DNA of 64,000 nt, taken from the NCBI GenBank assembly GCA_965652295.1, contig CBFGTS010000002.1:308570-372569 (forward strand), read 5' to 3'. The notes beneath the pieces are model-generated. The model was not told the origin of the DNA, did not search any database, and saw only the letters and a program-made list of their open reading frames with translations. Below, piece after piece: positions 9,615 through 18,231 of this stretch. This stretch comes from an uncultured Haloferula sp. Lineage in GTDB: Bacteria; Verrucomicrobiota; Verrucomicrobiia; Verrucomicrobiales; Akkermansiaceae. A program made the position numbers and the translations under genes. The first letter of the stretch is position 1. Each line of letters begins with the position of its first letter.

Positions 9615-9650
9615 GGTGGTATTCGGTTGGAGGTTCGTTGAGAGTTGGAT

Positions 9651-10823
9651 TCAGGAAAGTTTGCGGAAGACTTCGCGGGCGAGGACAAGTTCCTCGTTGG
9701 CGGGGATGACGAAGACTTTGACGCGGGAATCGGCGGCGCTGATCTCGGCTTCGGTGGCGCGGCAGGCGGCGTTCTTTTCCGGATCGAGTTTGAGCCCGAA
9801 GCCTTCGAGTCCCCGGCAGACCGCCTCGCGGAGAGGTGGGCCGTTTTCGCCGATGCCGGCGGTGAAGGTCAGGGCATCGAGCCCGCCGAGATCGAAGAGA
9901 AAGGAGGATGCCCAGCGACGGATTTCGTGGACGAGGACATCGAGTGCGAGCTGGGCGTCGGCATTGCCGGCATGCGCGGCTTCGTTGACATCGCGGATGT
10001 CATTGCTGACGCCGGAGATTCCGAGCAGGCCGGACTCCTGGGTGAGCTGGCGCTCGATTTCCTCAAGGTCGAGACCGAGGGTTTTCTGGGCATAGGGAAT
10101 CGCGCCGGAGTCGAGGTCGCCCACGCGGTTGTTCTGCGGGAGGCCGCTCTGGGGCGAGAACCCCATGCTGGTGCCGATGGCGACGCCATCGCGGATGCCC
10201 GTGACCGAGCTGCTACCACCGAGGTGGCAGGAGATGACGCGCAGCGGATTCTCCACCGGCCGCGGGCCGTCCTGATAGAGCGAGCGGACGGATTCGGCGA
10301 CGTCCCCGCGGCCGAGCAGCTCGGCGGAGCGCTCGGCGACGAATTTGTGGCTGGCACCGTGGAAGCCGTAGCGGCGGATGCCGGCTTCGTGCCAGGCCTT
10401 GGGCACCGCATAGCGCGAGGCAGCCTCGGGCACCCACTGGTAGAAGGCGGTTTCGAAGAGTGCAATCAGCCGCGCCTTCGGCAGCAGTCGCGAGAACTGA
10501 CGGATACCCGCCGCGTAGGGCGGGTTGTGCGCGGGTGCCACGGCGGCGAAGCCATCAAGTGCGTCGAGCACCCGCTGGTCCGCCTCCACGCAGCCGCTCA
10601 GGTTCCGGCCGAGCACGGTTTTGAAACCGACGGCATCGATGTCCTCGCGGGACCCGATCACACCGCCGGACTCCAGCTCGGACAGCGCGGCCTCGATCGT
10701 TTCGCCATGATCAGTGACCCGCTCGAATCCGCCCTGCGCCAACACGCGACCGTCCCCCGCCTCCATTTCGAAGAGGCGGTATTTGAACGAGGTCGAGCCG
10801 AGGTTGGCGATCAGGACGAGCAT
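9651..10823 (-). CDS. ackA: Acetate/propionate kinase
   Basis: NLGSTSFKY, APAHNP, RRYGFHGASH, CHLGGSSS, FTAGIGEN and IPANEEL motifs. Confidence 0.92.
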   Translation of the reverse strand: MLVLIANLGSTSFKYRLFEMEAGDGRVLAQGGFERVTDHGETIEAALSELESGGVIGSREDIDAVGFKTVLGRNLSGCVEADQRVLDALDGFAAVAPAHNPPYAAGIRQFSRLLPKARLIALFETAFYQWVPEAASRYAVPKAWHEAGIRRYGFHGASHKFVAERSAELLGRGDVAESVRSLYQDGPRPVENPLRVISCHLGGSSSVTGIRDGVAIGTSMGFSPQSGLPQNNRVGDLDSGAIPYAQKTLGLDLEEIERQLTQESGLLGISGVSNDIRDVNEAAHAGNADAQLALDVLVHEIRRWASSFLFDLGGLDALTFTAGIGENGPPLREAVCRGLEGFGLKLDPEKNAACRATEAEISAADSRVKVFVIPANEELVLAREVFRKLS

Positions 10824-10844
10824 GAGCCGGGAAACCGATCGAGG

Positions 10845-11120
10845 TCAGGCGAAGGGAACGAAGCCTTCGAGGTCGTCGTGCGGACGCGGAAGGACCTGCA
10901 CGGAGGTCACCTCGCCGACTTGCGCGGCGGCTTCGGCGGCGGCATCGATGCCGGCCTTCACCGCGGCGACGTCGCCGGCGAAGAAGCCGGTGACCATGCC
11001 GGAGCCGATCTTGGTCCAGCCGACCATGGTGATGTCGGCGGACTTCAGCGCGGCGTCGGCGCCTTCGATGAGGGACACGAGGCCCTTCGTTTCGAGAATT
11101 CCAAGTGCTTGTTTGGCCAT
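10845..11120 (-). CDS. BMC shell hexamer (BMC-H)
   Basis: ALGILETKG...KIGSG...GDVAAVKA...PRPH. Confidence 0.93.
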   Translation of the reverse strand: MAKQALGILETKGLVSLIEGADAALKSADITMVGWTKIGSGMVTGFFAGDVAAVKAGIDAAAEAAAQVGEVTSVQVLPRPHDDLEGFVPFA

Positions 11121-11149
11121 GATGATGGGGTGGTTGGAAAGTTGCGGGA

Positions 11150-11422
11150 TCAGGAGAGACCGAACTGCTTCAGCAGGTCCGTGTGCGGGCGGGCGATGAC
11201 GTGGGCGGAGACCAGTTCGCCGACGCGGCCGGCAGCTTCGGCTCCGGCATCGACGGCGGCCTTCACGCCTCCGACGTCCCCTTGCACGAGGATGGTCAGG
11301 AAGCCGCCACCGATCTGGACTTGCTTCACGACGGTCACGTTGGCGGCTTTGGCCATCGCATCGGCGGCCTCCACGTTGCCCACGTAGCCCTTCGTCTCAA
11401 TCATTCCGAGTGCTTGGCTCAT
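11150..11422 (-). CDS. BMC shell hexamer (BMC-H)
   Basis: [12 protein letters not shown]...QIGGG...[13 protein letters not shown]...HVIARPH; the last 90 aa of the track ORF. Confidence 0.93.
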   Translation of the reverse strand: MSQALGMIETKGYVGNVEAADAMAKAANVTVVKQVQIGGGFLTILVQGDVGGVKAAVDAGAEAAGRVGELVSAHVIARPHTDLLKQFGLS

Positions 11423-11454
11423 GTTGTTTGGTTCGTTGGTTGGATGGTTCGGGA

Positions 11455-12129
11455 TTACTTGGTGAGTTCGCAGAAAGTGTGCGGGCCGAGCGCGCAGGCG
11501 TTGCCCTCGTCGGTGTCGATGTGGACCTCGAGTTTGAAGCCGGGATCCACGCGGACCAGCAGGTTGTCGAAGGTCACCGGGCAATCGCCGTGGACCTTGA
11601 GCTTCATCATGTCCTTGTGCTCCACGCCGTAGTGCGCGGCATCGTCCGGATGCATGTGGACGTGCGGCATCGCGCGGATCACGCCCTGCGGCATTTCGAA
11701 AAACCCGGCCGGCCCCATCAGCATGCAGCCGGGAGTGCCCTCGATATCGCCGGACATCTTGATCGGAATGTCGAAGCCGAGCGCGATCGCGTCGGTGAAC
11801 GCCAGCTCGACCTGATCGAAGTCGCGGCACGGGCCGAGGATGCGGAGGTTGGAAATGACCCGGCTGCGCGGGCCGACCAGCGTCACCGTTTCCTTCGCCG
11901 CATACTGGCCGTCCTGATAGAGCCACTTCATCGGCGTCAGCTCGTGACCGGGGCCGAAAAGCGCTTCCACCGCGGCCGGGGAAAGGTGGCAGTGGCGGGC
12001 GCTGACATTGACGACCAAAGCGTTCGGCGCGGACGCGCTCGGTGGCAGCGGAAGGCCCATCGCCCGGTAAACCTGCTCCCGAACCTTGTGCTCGACGACG
12101 GCCTTGGGGATGTTGGAATAAGTCGCCAT
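11455..12129 (-). CDS. pduL: Phosphate propanoyltransferase (PduL-type phosphotransacylase)
   Basis: [21 protein letters not shown] and [10 protein letters not shown] motifs. Confidence 0.93.
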   Translation of the reverse strand: MATYSNIPKAVVEHKVREQVYRAMGLPLPPSASAPNALVVNVSARHCHLSPAAVEALFGPGHELTPMKWLYQDGQYAAKETVTLVGPRSRVISNLRILGPCRDFDQVELAFTDAIALGFDIPIKMSGDIEGTPGCMLMGPAGFFEMPQGVIRAMPHVHMHPDDAAHYGVEHKDMMKLKVHGDCPVTFDNLLVRVDPGFKLEVHIDTDEGNACALGPHTFCELTK

Positions 12130-12145
12130 TTCGTGAAAACAAGGC

Positions 12146-12219
12146 GGGATTTACTTGGCATTCACGGTAATGTCAAATAAATCCCAAGCAAGTTCCGGTA
12201 ATTCCCAAGTTTTCCCAAC
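12146..12219. promoter_or_regulatory. Divergent BMC/deoR control region: palindromic overlapping promoters plus TCCCAA direct repeats
   Basis: 17-bp inverted repeat (15/17) at 12146-12185, containing TTGACA on the minus strand and TTGGCA on the plus strand; TCCCAA at 12182, 12203 and 12213. Confidence 0.6.
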
Positions 12220-12226
12220 CCACGTC

Positions 12227-12988
12227 ATGCTCCCGCCCGATCGCCACCAACACATCCTCGAACGGCTCGCCGCCGAGGGCTCGGTCCGTACCATCGGCTT
12301 GGCGACGGAGCTGGGGGTGACGGACGAAACGATCCGCAAGGACCTTGAGGTTCTCGAGCGGCGCGGCGAGCTGATGCGCGTCCACGGCGGCGCCACTCGG
12401 CCGGAAAAACCCCGCCTCGACCTCTCGCTCACCGAGCGCCAATCGGTCCGGCTGGACGCCAAACGTGCGATCGCCCGCGCCGCCGCCGCCCGCATTCAAC
12501 CGAACGAGACCGTTTTCATCGACGCTTCCTCGACCGCGCTGACCTTGACCGAGTTTCTGCCCGACTTCCCCCTCACAGTCCTGACCAACGCCCACAACGT
12601 CGTCACCGCCCTGGGCGGCCGGTCGAACATCGAGGTCTTCAGCACGGGCGGCCTCTACGAACAACGCTCCAGCTCCTACGTCGGTCTCTCCGCCGAAGCG
12701 GCTCTGCGGCGCTACCACATCCACCGCATGTTCTTTTCCGGCAGCGCCGTGGAACTCGAACGCGGCGTTTCGGAAACCAACCCGCGCCAAGCCGCCTTCA
12801 AGGAGCGCGTCATCCCCTGCGCTTCGGAGATCTGCCTGCTCGCCGATTCCAGCAAGCTCGGCCACAAGGCATCCTTTTTCTTCGCACCCATCGACCAGCT
12901 CACCACCTTCGTCACCGATCCGGACGCCGACGCGTCCTTCCTCCGTACGGTCGAGCAGGCGGGGGTGAATGTCATCGTCGCCGACTAA
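12227..12988 (+). CDS. DeoR/GlpR family transcriptional regulator of the BMC locus
   Basis: VTDETIRKDL HTH, RVHGGA, IDASST and LADSSKLG motifs; ATG at 12227 preferred over the track start. Confidence 0.93.
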   Translation: MLPPDRHQHILERLAAEGSVRTIGLATELGVTDETIRKDLEVLERRGELMRVHGGATRPEKPRLDLSLTERQSVRLDAKRAIARAAAARIQPNETVFIDASSTALTLTEFLPDFPLTVLTNAHNVVTALGGRSNIEVFSTGGLYEQRSSSYVGLSAEAALRRYHIHRMFFSGSAVELERGVSETNPRQAAFKERVIPCASEICLLADSSKLGHKASFFFAPIDQLTTFVTDPDADASFLRTVEQAGVNVIVAD

Positions 12989-12998
12989 TCGAAAACCC

Positions 12999-14471
12999 AT
13001 GCCCACCTTTCTCTCCATCGACCTCGGAGCCGGCTCCGGCCGTGTGATCGCCGGCACGCTCGCCGCGGAGAAGCTGACCCTTGAGGAAATCCATCGCTTC
13101 GACAACCCGGGGACCGATCTCCCCGGAGGCTCGTTCTGGAACATCCTCGGCCTGTTCCGCGAAATCCAAGAAGGCCTGCGCCTCGCCGCCGCGGCCTTCG
13201 GCGACGATATCGTCGCTCTCGGCATCGACACCTGGGGCTGCGATCACGCGCTGCTCGACGCGCAGGGGCGTCTTCTCGGTCTGCCGCATCAATACCGCGA
13301 TCCGCGCCACGAGGGCATGCCCGAGCTGATGCACGGTCTGATGCCCGAGGAGGAAATTTTTCGCCACACCGGCGTCACCACGAATTTCTACAATTCCTCA
13401 GTCCATCTCCTCGCCGAGAAGCAGCACGACTCCCCCGCCCTCGCCCACGCCGCCACACTCCTTTTCACGCCCGATCTCCTCGCTTACTGGCTTTGCGGGA
13501 AAAAAAGCGTGGAGCGCACAATTGCATCGACTTCCCAGCTTCTCAATCCCGCCACCGGCGAGTGGGCGTGGGAGGTCATCGACGCCCTCGGTTTGCCGCG
13601 GCGGATCTTCGGCGACATCGTCTCCCCCGGAACCGTGCTCGCTCCGCTGCGCGATGAAGTCCGGCGCGTGACCGGGCTCGGCCCCGTCCCGGTGATCGCC
13701 TCGGCGTCGCACGATACCGCCTCCGCCGTCGCCGGGATTCCCATGGAGGGTGAAAGCCCCCTATGGCTCTCCTCCGGCACATGGTCGATCATCGGCATTG
13801 AGGCCCGCGAACCGATCCGCAGCACCGAGGCTTTCACCGCCCGCTGCTGCAACGAACTCGGAGTCGATGGCACCGTCCGGTTCCTGAAAAACATCTCCGG
13901 CCTTTGGATCATTCAGGAGTGCAAGCGTCAATGGGCGCTGGATGGCGAGGACCTCAGCTACGCCGAAATGGCGGAGCTGGCCGCCACCGCCACCGCACAC
14001 ACCGCGTTCATCGATCCCGACGACCCGGCTTTTGCCGTGCCGGGTGAGATGCCGGCGAAGATCCGCGATTTCTGTCAGCGCACCGGTCAGCCCGCCCCCG
14101 AAAACAAAGGTGCCATTCTCCGCGTAGCCACCGAGTCGCTGGCGCTGAAATACCGCGTCGTGCTCGACTCCTTCCGCCAGCTCTCCGGGCGCGATTTCCC
14201 CCGCCTACACGTCGGCGGCGGAGGCATCCAGAACGAGTTCCTCGCCCAAGCCACCGCGGACGCCTGCGGACTGGAAGTCGTCGCCGGCCCCGTCGAGGCG
14301 ACTTCCTGCGGCAACCTCATCGTCCAGATGGTCGCCACCGCGCACCTGCCCGATCTCGCCGCCGGTCGGCGGCTGATCCGCTCCTCGTTTGATTTCCGGA
14401 CGTATCAGCCCCGCCAGACCGAGAAGTGGACCGACAAACTCGCCCACTTCGAAAGTCTGCAGGGCGCTTGA
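12999..14471 (+). CDS. rhaB: Rhamnulokinase/fuculokinase (FGGY family)
   Basis: IDLGAGSGR, GIDTWG, ASHDTASA, SSGTWS, LKNISGLW and AGPVEAT motifs. Confidence 0.88.
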   Translation: MPTFLSIDLGAGSGRVIAGTLAAEKLTLEEIHRFDNPGTDLPGGSFWNILGLFREIQEGLRLAAAAFGDDIVALGIDTWGCDHALLDAQGRLLGLPHQYRDPRHEGMPELMHGLMPEEEIFRHTGVTTNFYNSSVHLLAEKQHDSPALAHAATLLFTPDLLAYWLCGKKSVERTIASTSQLLNPATGEWAWEVIDALGLPRRIFGDIVSPGTVLAPLRDEVRRVTGLGPVPVIASASHDTASAVAGIPMEGESPLWLSSGTWSIIGIEAREPIRSTEAFTARCCNELGVDGTVRFLKNISGLWIIQECKRQWALDGEDLSYAEMAELAATATAHTAFIDPDDPAFAVPGEMPAKIRDFCQRTGQPAPENKGAILRVATESLALKYRVVLDSFRQLSGRDFPRLHVGGGGIQNEFLAQATADACGLEVVAGPVEATSCGNLIVQMVATAHLPDLAAGRRLIRSSFDFRTYQPRQTEKWTDKLAHFESLQGA

Positions 14472-14507
14472 GCCTGCGGCTTGACCACCGCCGGCAGCCC
14501 CCGGAGG

Positions 14508-15074
14508 TCAGACCTTCATCACCTCGGCTTCCTTCGCCGCGACGAGTTCCTCGATCTTCTTCACGTGGGCGTCGGTGAGCTTCTGCACCTCCGTCTCGTG
14601 ATCCTTCTGGCCGTCTTCGGTGAGCACGTTGTCGGCTTTCATCTTCTTCGCGGCGTCCATGCCTTCCTTGCGGATGGCGCGGATGCGCACCTTGGCCTCC
14701 TCACCGAGCTGCTTGACCAGCTTCACCATCTCGCGCCGCCGTTCTTCGGAAAGCTCCGGGATCGGCACCCGGATCGAACGCTCGGCGGCGGCGGGGTTCA
14801 GGCCCAGCTTCGATTCGCGGATCGCGCGCTCGATTTCCGGTGTGGTCGCCGGGTCGAAGGGCGAGACGTTGAGCATGCGCGGCTCCGGCGAACTGATCAC
14901 CGCCAGCTGCTTGAGCTTCATCTGGCTGCCGTAGCTGTGAACGTAAACGTCGAGATTTTCGATCAGCGCGGGCGATGCCTTGCCAGTGCGCACCGTCACG
15001 AATTCGTGCGAAAGGTGCTCGATGGTTTTGTCCATCGCGTCTTCCGTTTCGAGCAAAGATTCCTCCGGGTCCAT
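14508..15074 (-). CDS. frr: Ribosome recycling factor
   Basis: VRTGKASP, IPELSEERRREMVK and EEAKVRIRAIR motifs. Confidence 0.96.
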   Translation of the reverse strand: MDPEESLLETEDAMDKTIEHLSHEFVTVRTGKASPALIENLDVYVHSYGSQMKLKQLAVISSPEPRMLNVSPFDPATTPEIERAIRESKLGLNPAAAERSIRVPIPELSEERRREMVKLVKQLGEEAKVRIRAIRKEGMDAAKKMKADNVLTEDGQKDHETEVQKLTDAHVKKIEELVAAKEAEVMKV

Positions 15075-15105
15075 GGCGGGAAGATGGGTAGGGTCTCGGG
15101 AACGG

Positions 15106-15840
15106 TCAACCCGCATCCACGACGGTGCCGACATCGTCGCCCAGCAGCGCCTTGACCACGTTGCCCTCCGGCGCGAGGTCGAAGATGACGATCGGAATGT
15201 GGTTGTCCATGCACAGACTGAAGGCGGTGGAGTCCATCACCTTCAGCTGCTTGCCCAGGCACTCCTTGTAGGTCACGCGGTCGTAGCGCTTGGCTTCCGG
15301 ATTCTTCTTCGGGTCGCAGTCGTAGACGCCATCGACCATGGTCGCCTTCAGCACCACGTCGGCTCCCATTTCGCTGGCGCGCAGCGCCGCGGTCGTATCG
15401 GTGGAAAAGAACGGACTCCCAGTGCCTGCGGCGAAAATCACCACCCGGCCGTCGCTCAAATGCCGGTCGGCCTTCCGGCGGATGAACGTTTCGGCGACGT
15501 TCTTCATCTCGATCGCCGATTGCACCACGCAGGAAACCCCTTTGTCCTCCAGCGCACCTTGCAGCGCGAGGGCGTTCATCACGGTGGCCAGCATGCCCAC
15601 GTAGTCGGCGGTCGCTCGATCCATCCCGCGGGCGCTGGCGGCGGCTCCGCGCCAGAAGTTCCCCCCCCCGACCACGATCCCCAGCTCGACCTTGTCGGTC
15701 GCCATCGCCTCTTTCACCTCACATGCCATGCGATCCAGGATCTCCGGCGAAATGTTGTCGGTGCTGCCCCGCTCGCGGAGGGCCTCACCACTCAGTTTCA
15801 AGATGACACGACGGCGGGATTCGGAAGATCTGGAACTCAT
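15106..15840 (-). CDS. pyrH: UMP kinase
   Basis: [28 protein letters not shown] and [12 protein letters not shown] motifs. Confidence 0.96.
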   Translation of the reverse strand: MSSRSSESRRRVILKLSGEALRERGSTDNISPEILDRMACEVKEAMATDKVELGIVVGGGNFWRGAAASARGMDRATADYVGMLATVMNALALQGALEDKGVSCVVQSAIEMKNVAETFIRRKADRHLSDGRVVIFAAGTGSPFFSTDTTAALRASEMGADVVLKATMVDGVYDCDPKKNPEAKRYDRVTYKECLGKQLKVMDSTAFSLCMDNHIPIVIFDLAPEGNVVKALLGDDVGTVVDAG

Positions 15841-16025
15841 GTGGCGCTGCGGCTGATCCAATCAGCGGGCCCGGGGGGAAGGAAAGGCAAAATCCGGCGG
15901 AACGCCCGCCTTGCCCGGGCCAGTAACCCGAATGTCCGCTTGGTGAGCCGGGGTCTCCGATTCCAGCATCCGGCTGATCGGTTTCGCCCCGCGCCCGCCG
16001 CCCGCGAGCCCGTCCATTCCACGCC

Positions 16026-17294
16026 ATGAAAGCCCTGCTTCTCCCTCTCTGCCTCATTTCAGTCCTCCACGCCGCGACCCGCATCTCCATCACCGATCAC
16101 GGCGCGACGACGGAATCCCTCTGCACCAACAAAATCCAGGCCGCCATCGACGCCTGCCACCAACAAGGCGGCGGCACAGTGGTCGTGCCTCCAGGCGTCT
16201 TCCTCACCGGTTCGATCTTTCTGAAGCAGGACGTGGCCCTCCATTTGGAGAAAGGAGCCGTCCTCAAAGGCTCGAATAACATCGAGGACTACCCGAAACG
16301 CCCGACCCGCATCGAAGGCCACACCGAGCCGTGGCGCATGGCTCTGCTCAACGCCGCCAACCTCACCGCCCTGCGCATCACCGGCGAAGGCACGCTGGAT
16401 GGCGACGGCGAGGTGTTCTGGAAAGCCTTCTGGAAGCGCCGCGAGGAAAACCCGAAATGCACCAACCTCGAGGTCGAGCGCCCGCGGCTGGTGTTCATCG
16501 ACACCTGCCGGGAGGTCCGCATCGAGGGCATCCGGCTGCGCAACTCCGGTTTCTGGAACCTCCACCTCTACCGCTGCCAGGATGTCGTGATCGACGGCCT
16601 CGATATCCAAGCACCCGGAAAGGACGATCCGGTCCGGGCACCGAGCAGCGACGGCATCGACATCGACAGCTGCCAGCGCGTCACTGTCAGAAACACCCGC
16701 TTCGCCGTCGATGACGACTGCATCGCCATCAAAGGCTCCAAGGGTCCGCTCGCCGATCAGGACAAGGACAGCCCGCCGGTGGAAAACATCCACGTCGAGG
16801 ACTGTGAGTTCGTCCGCGGCCACGGCGTCGTCACCCTCGGCAGCGAGGCCACCCGCGTCCGCAACGTCTTCGTCCACCGCTGCAAGGTCGGTCCCGGCAA
16901 CAACCTGGTCCGCCTCAAGCTCCGCCCTGACACGCCGCAGCTCTACGAAAACCTGGTTTACGAGGACATCGAACTCAGCGGCGACAGCGGGGCGATCTTC
17001 GCCGTCAAACCCTGGACCCAGTTCTTCGATCTCAAGGGCCACGAGCCCCCTGCCTCGATCGTCAGCAACCTCGTCCTGCGCAACATCCGCGGCAGCTACG
17101 GCGGTCTTGGAATCTTGGTCGGAAACGAAGGCGACACGATTCGCAATCTCGTGCTTGAGGACATCGGACTTTCCCTCCAGGACCTCGATTTCCGCACCGA
17201 TGGAGTTCGCAGCGCCTCGGCGGAAAATGTCATTCTCAACAACCGCAAGTGGCATTTCCCCGGCACGCCCAAGCCCGGATCATCGTCCAAATGA
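16026..17294 (+). CDS. GH28 polygalacturonase-like glycoside hydrolase
   Basis: Signal peptide; SSDGIDID, DDCIAIKG and GHGVVTLGSE motifs. Confidence 0.9.
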   Translation: MKALLLPLCLISVLHAATRISITDHGATTESLCTNKIQAAIDACHQQGGGTVVVPPGVFLTGSIFLKQDVALHLEKGAVLKGSNNIEDYPKRPTRIEGHTEPWRMALLNAANLTALRITGEGTLDGDGEVFWKAFWKRREENPKCTNLEVERPRLVFIDTCREVRIEGIRLRNSGFWNLHLYRCQDVVIDGLDIQAPGKDDPVRAPSSDGIDIDSCQRVTVRNTRFAVDDDCIAIKGSKGPLADQDKDSPPVENIHVEDCEFVRGHGVVTLGSEATRVRNVFVHRCKVGPGNNLVRLKLRPDTPQLYENLVYEDIELSGDSGAIFAVKPWTQFFDLKGHEPPASIVSNLVLRNIRGSYGGLGILVGNEGDTIRNLVLEDIGLSLQDLDFRTDGVRSASAENVILNNRKWHFPGTPKPGSSSK

Positions 17295-17297
17295 GCC

Positions 17298-18218
17298 ATG
17301 AAATTGCTGTTGCTTCCCCTCCTCGCCACCCTGCTCCAGGCCGCCCGCCCGGATGCGGTCGTCGCGCCCGACGGCTCGGGGGATTTCACCTCGATCCAGG
17401 AAGCCGTCATGGCCGCCCCCTACCGGCCCGGCGCGCCCCCGTGGGTCATCGAAGTGAAACCCGGCACCTACGACGAGCGCGTCTATGTCCAGCGGGAGCG
17501 CGGATACGTGAAGCTCGTCGGCGAGGACCCCGCCACCACGATCCTCACCGGCGACCTGCACGCCAACCTCCCGGGCGCCGACGGAAAACCCATCGGCACT
17601 TTCGCCACCGCCACGCTGCAGATCGATGGCGATGGCTTTGAAATCGAGAACCTCACCATCCGCAACACCGCCGGCAACGTGGGCCAGGCCCTCGCCCTGC
17701 GGGCCGATGGCGACAAGCTCGTCTTCCGCAACTGCCGCTTCCTCGGCTGGCAGGACACCGTGCTCGTCAACCGCGGCCGACATTACTTCGAAGACTGCCG
17801 CATCGAGGGCCATGTGGATTTCATCTTCGGTGCCGCCACGGCATGGTTTGAAAACTGCACCATCCACTGCCTCGCTCCGGGCTTCATCACCGCCGCCTCG
17901 ACCCCGGCGGAGCAGCCCTACGGCCTCATTTTCCACCGCTGTAAAATCACCGCCGAGCCGGGCGTGCAAACCTACCTCGGCCGGCCGTGGCGCGAGCATG
18001 CCATGACCGCCTTCATCCACTGCGAGATGGACCGCTCCATCCGCCCCGAGGGCTGGCGCGAGTGGAACGCCACCGACCACGCCAAGACGGTCCGCTACGG
18101 TGAGTATCGTAGCTCCGGGCCGGGAGCCGCTCCGGAGAAGCGGGTCGCCTGGGCCCACCTCGAAGTCCCCTGGAACCTCTCCACCGAAAAGGTCTTCAAC
18201 AACTGGGACCCGAACTGA
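17298..18218 (+). CDS. Pectin methylesterase (CE8)
   Basis: DGSGDFTSIQEA, QALAL, QDTV, VDFIFG and YLGRPW motifs. Confidence 0.93.
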   Translation: MKLLLLPLLATLLQAARPDAVVAPDGSGDFTSIQEAVMAAPYRPGAPPWVIEVKPGTYDERVYVQRERGYVKLVGEDPATTILTGDLHANLPGADGKPIGTFATATLQIDGDGFEIENLTIRNTAGNVGQALALRADGDKLVFRNCRFLGWQDTVLVNRGRHYFEDCRIEGHVDFIFGAATAWFENCTIHCLAPGFITAASTPAEQPYGLIFHRCKITAEPGVQTYLGRPWREHAMTAFIHCEMDRSIRPEGWREWNATDHAKTVRYGEYRSSGPGAAPEKRVAWAHLEVPWNLSTEKVFNNWDPN

Positions 18219-18231
18219 CTCCCTTTTCCCG

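Noticed and set aside
4869..12129. The BMC locus as a wholly new organelle type
   Set aside because: The gene set (DeoR, PduL, BMC-H, kinase, BMC-P x3, aldehyde dehydrogenase, aldolase, LDH-like) matches the described PVM microcompartment; only variant details are reported.
11150..12142. 330-aa ORF suggesting a BMC-H protein with a long N-terminal domain
   Set aside because: The extension overlaps pduL in another frame; the shell protein starts at 11422.
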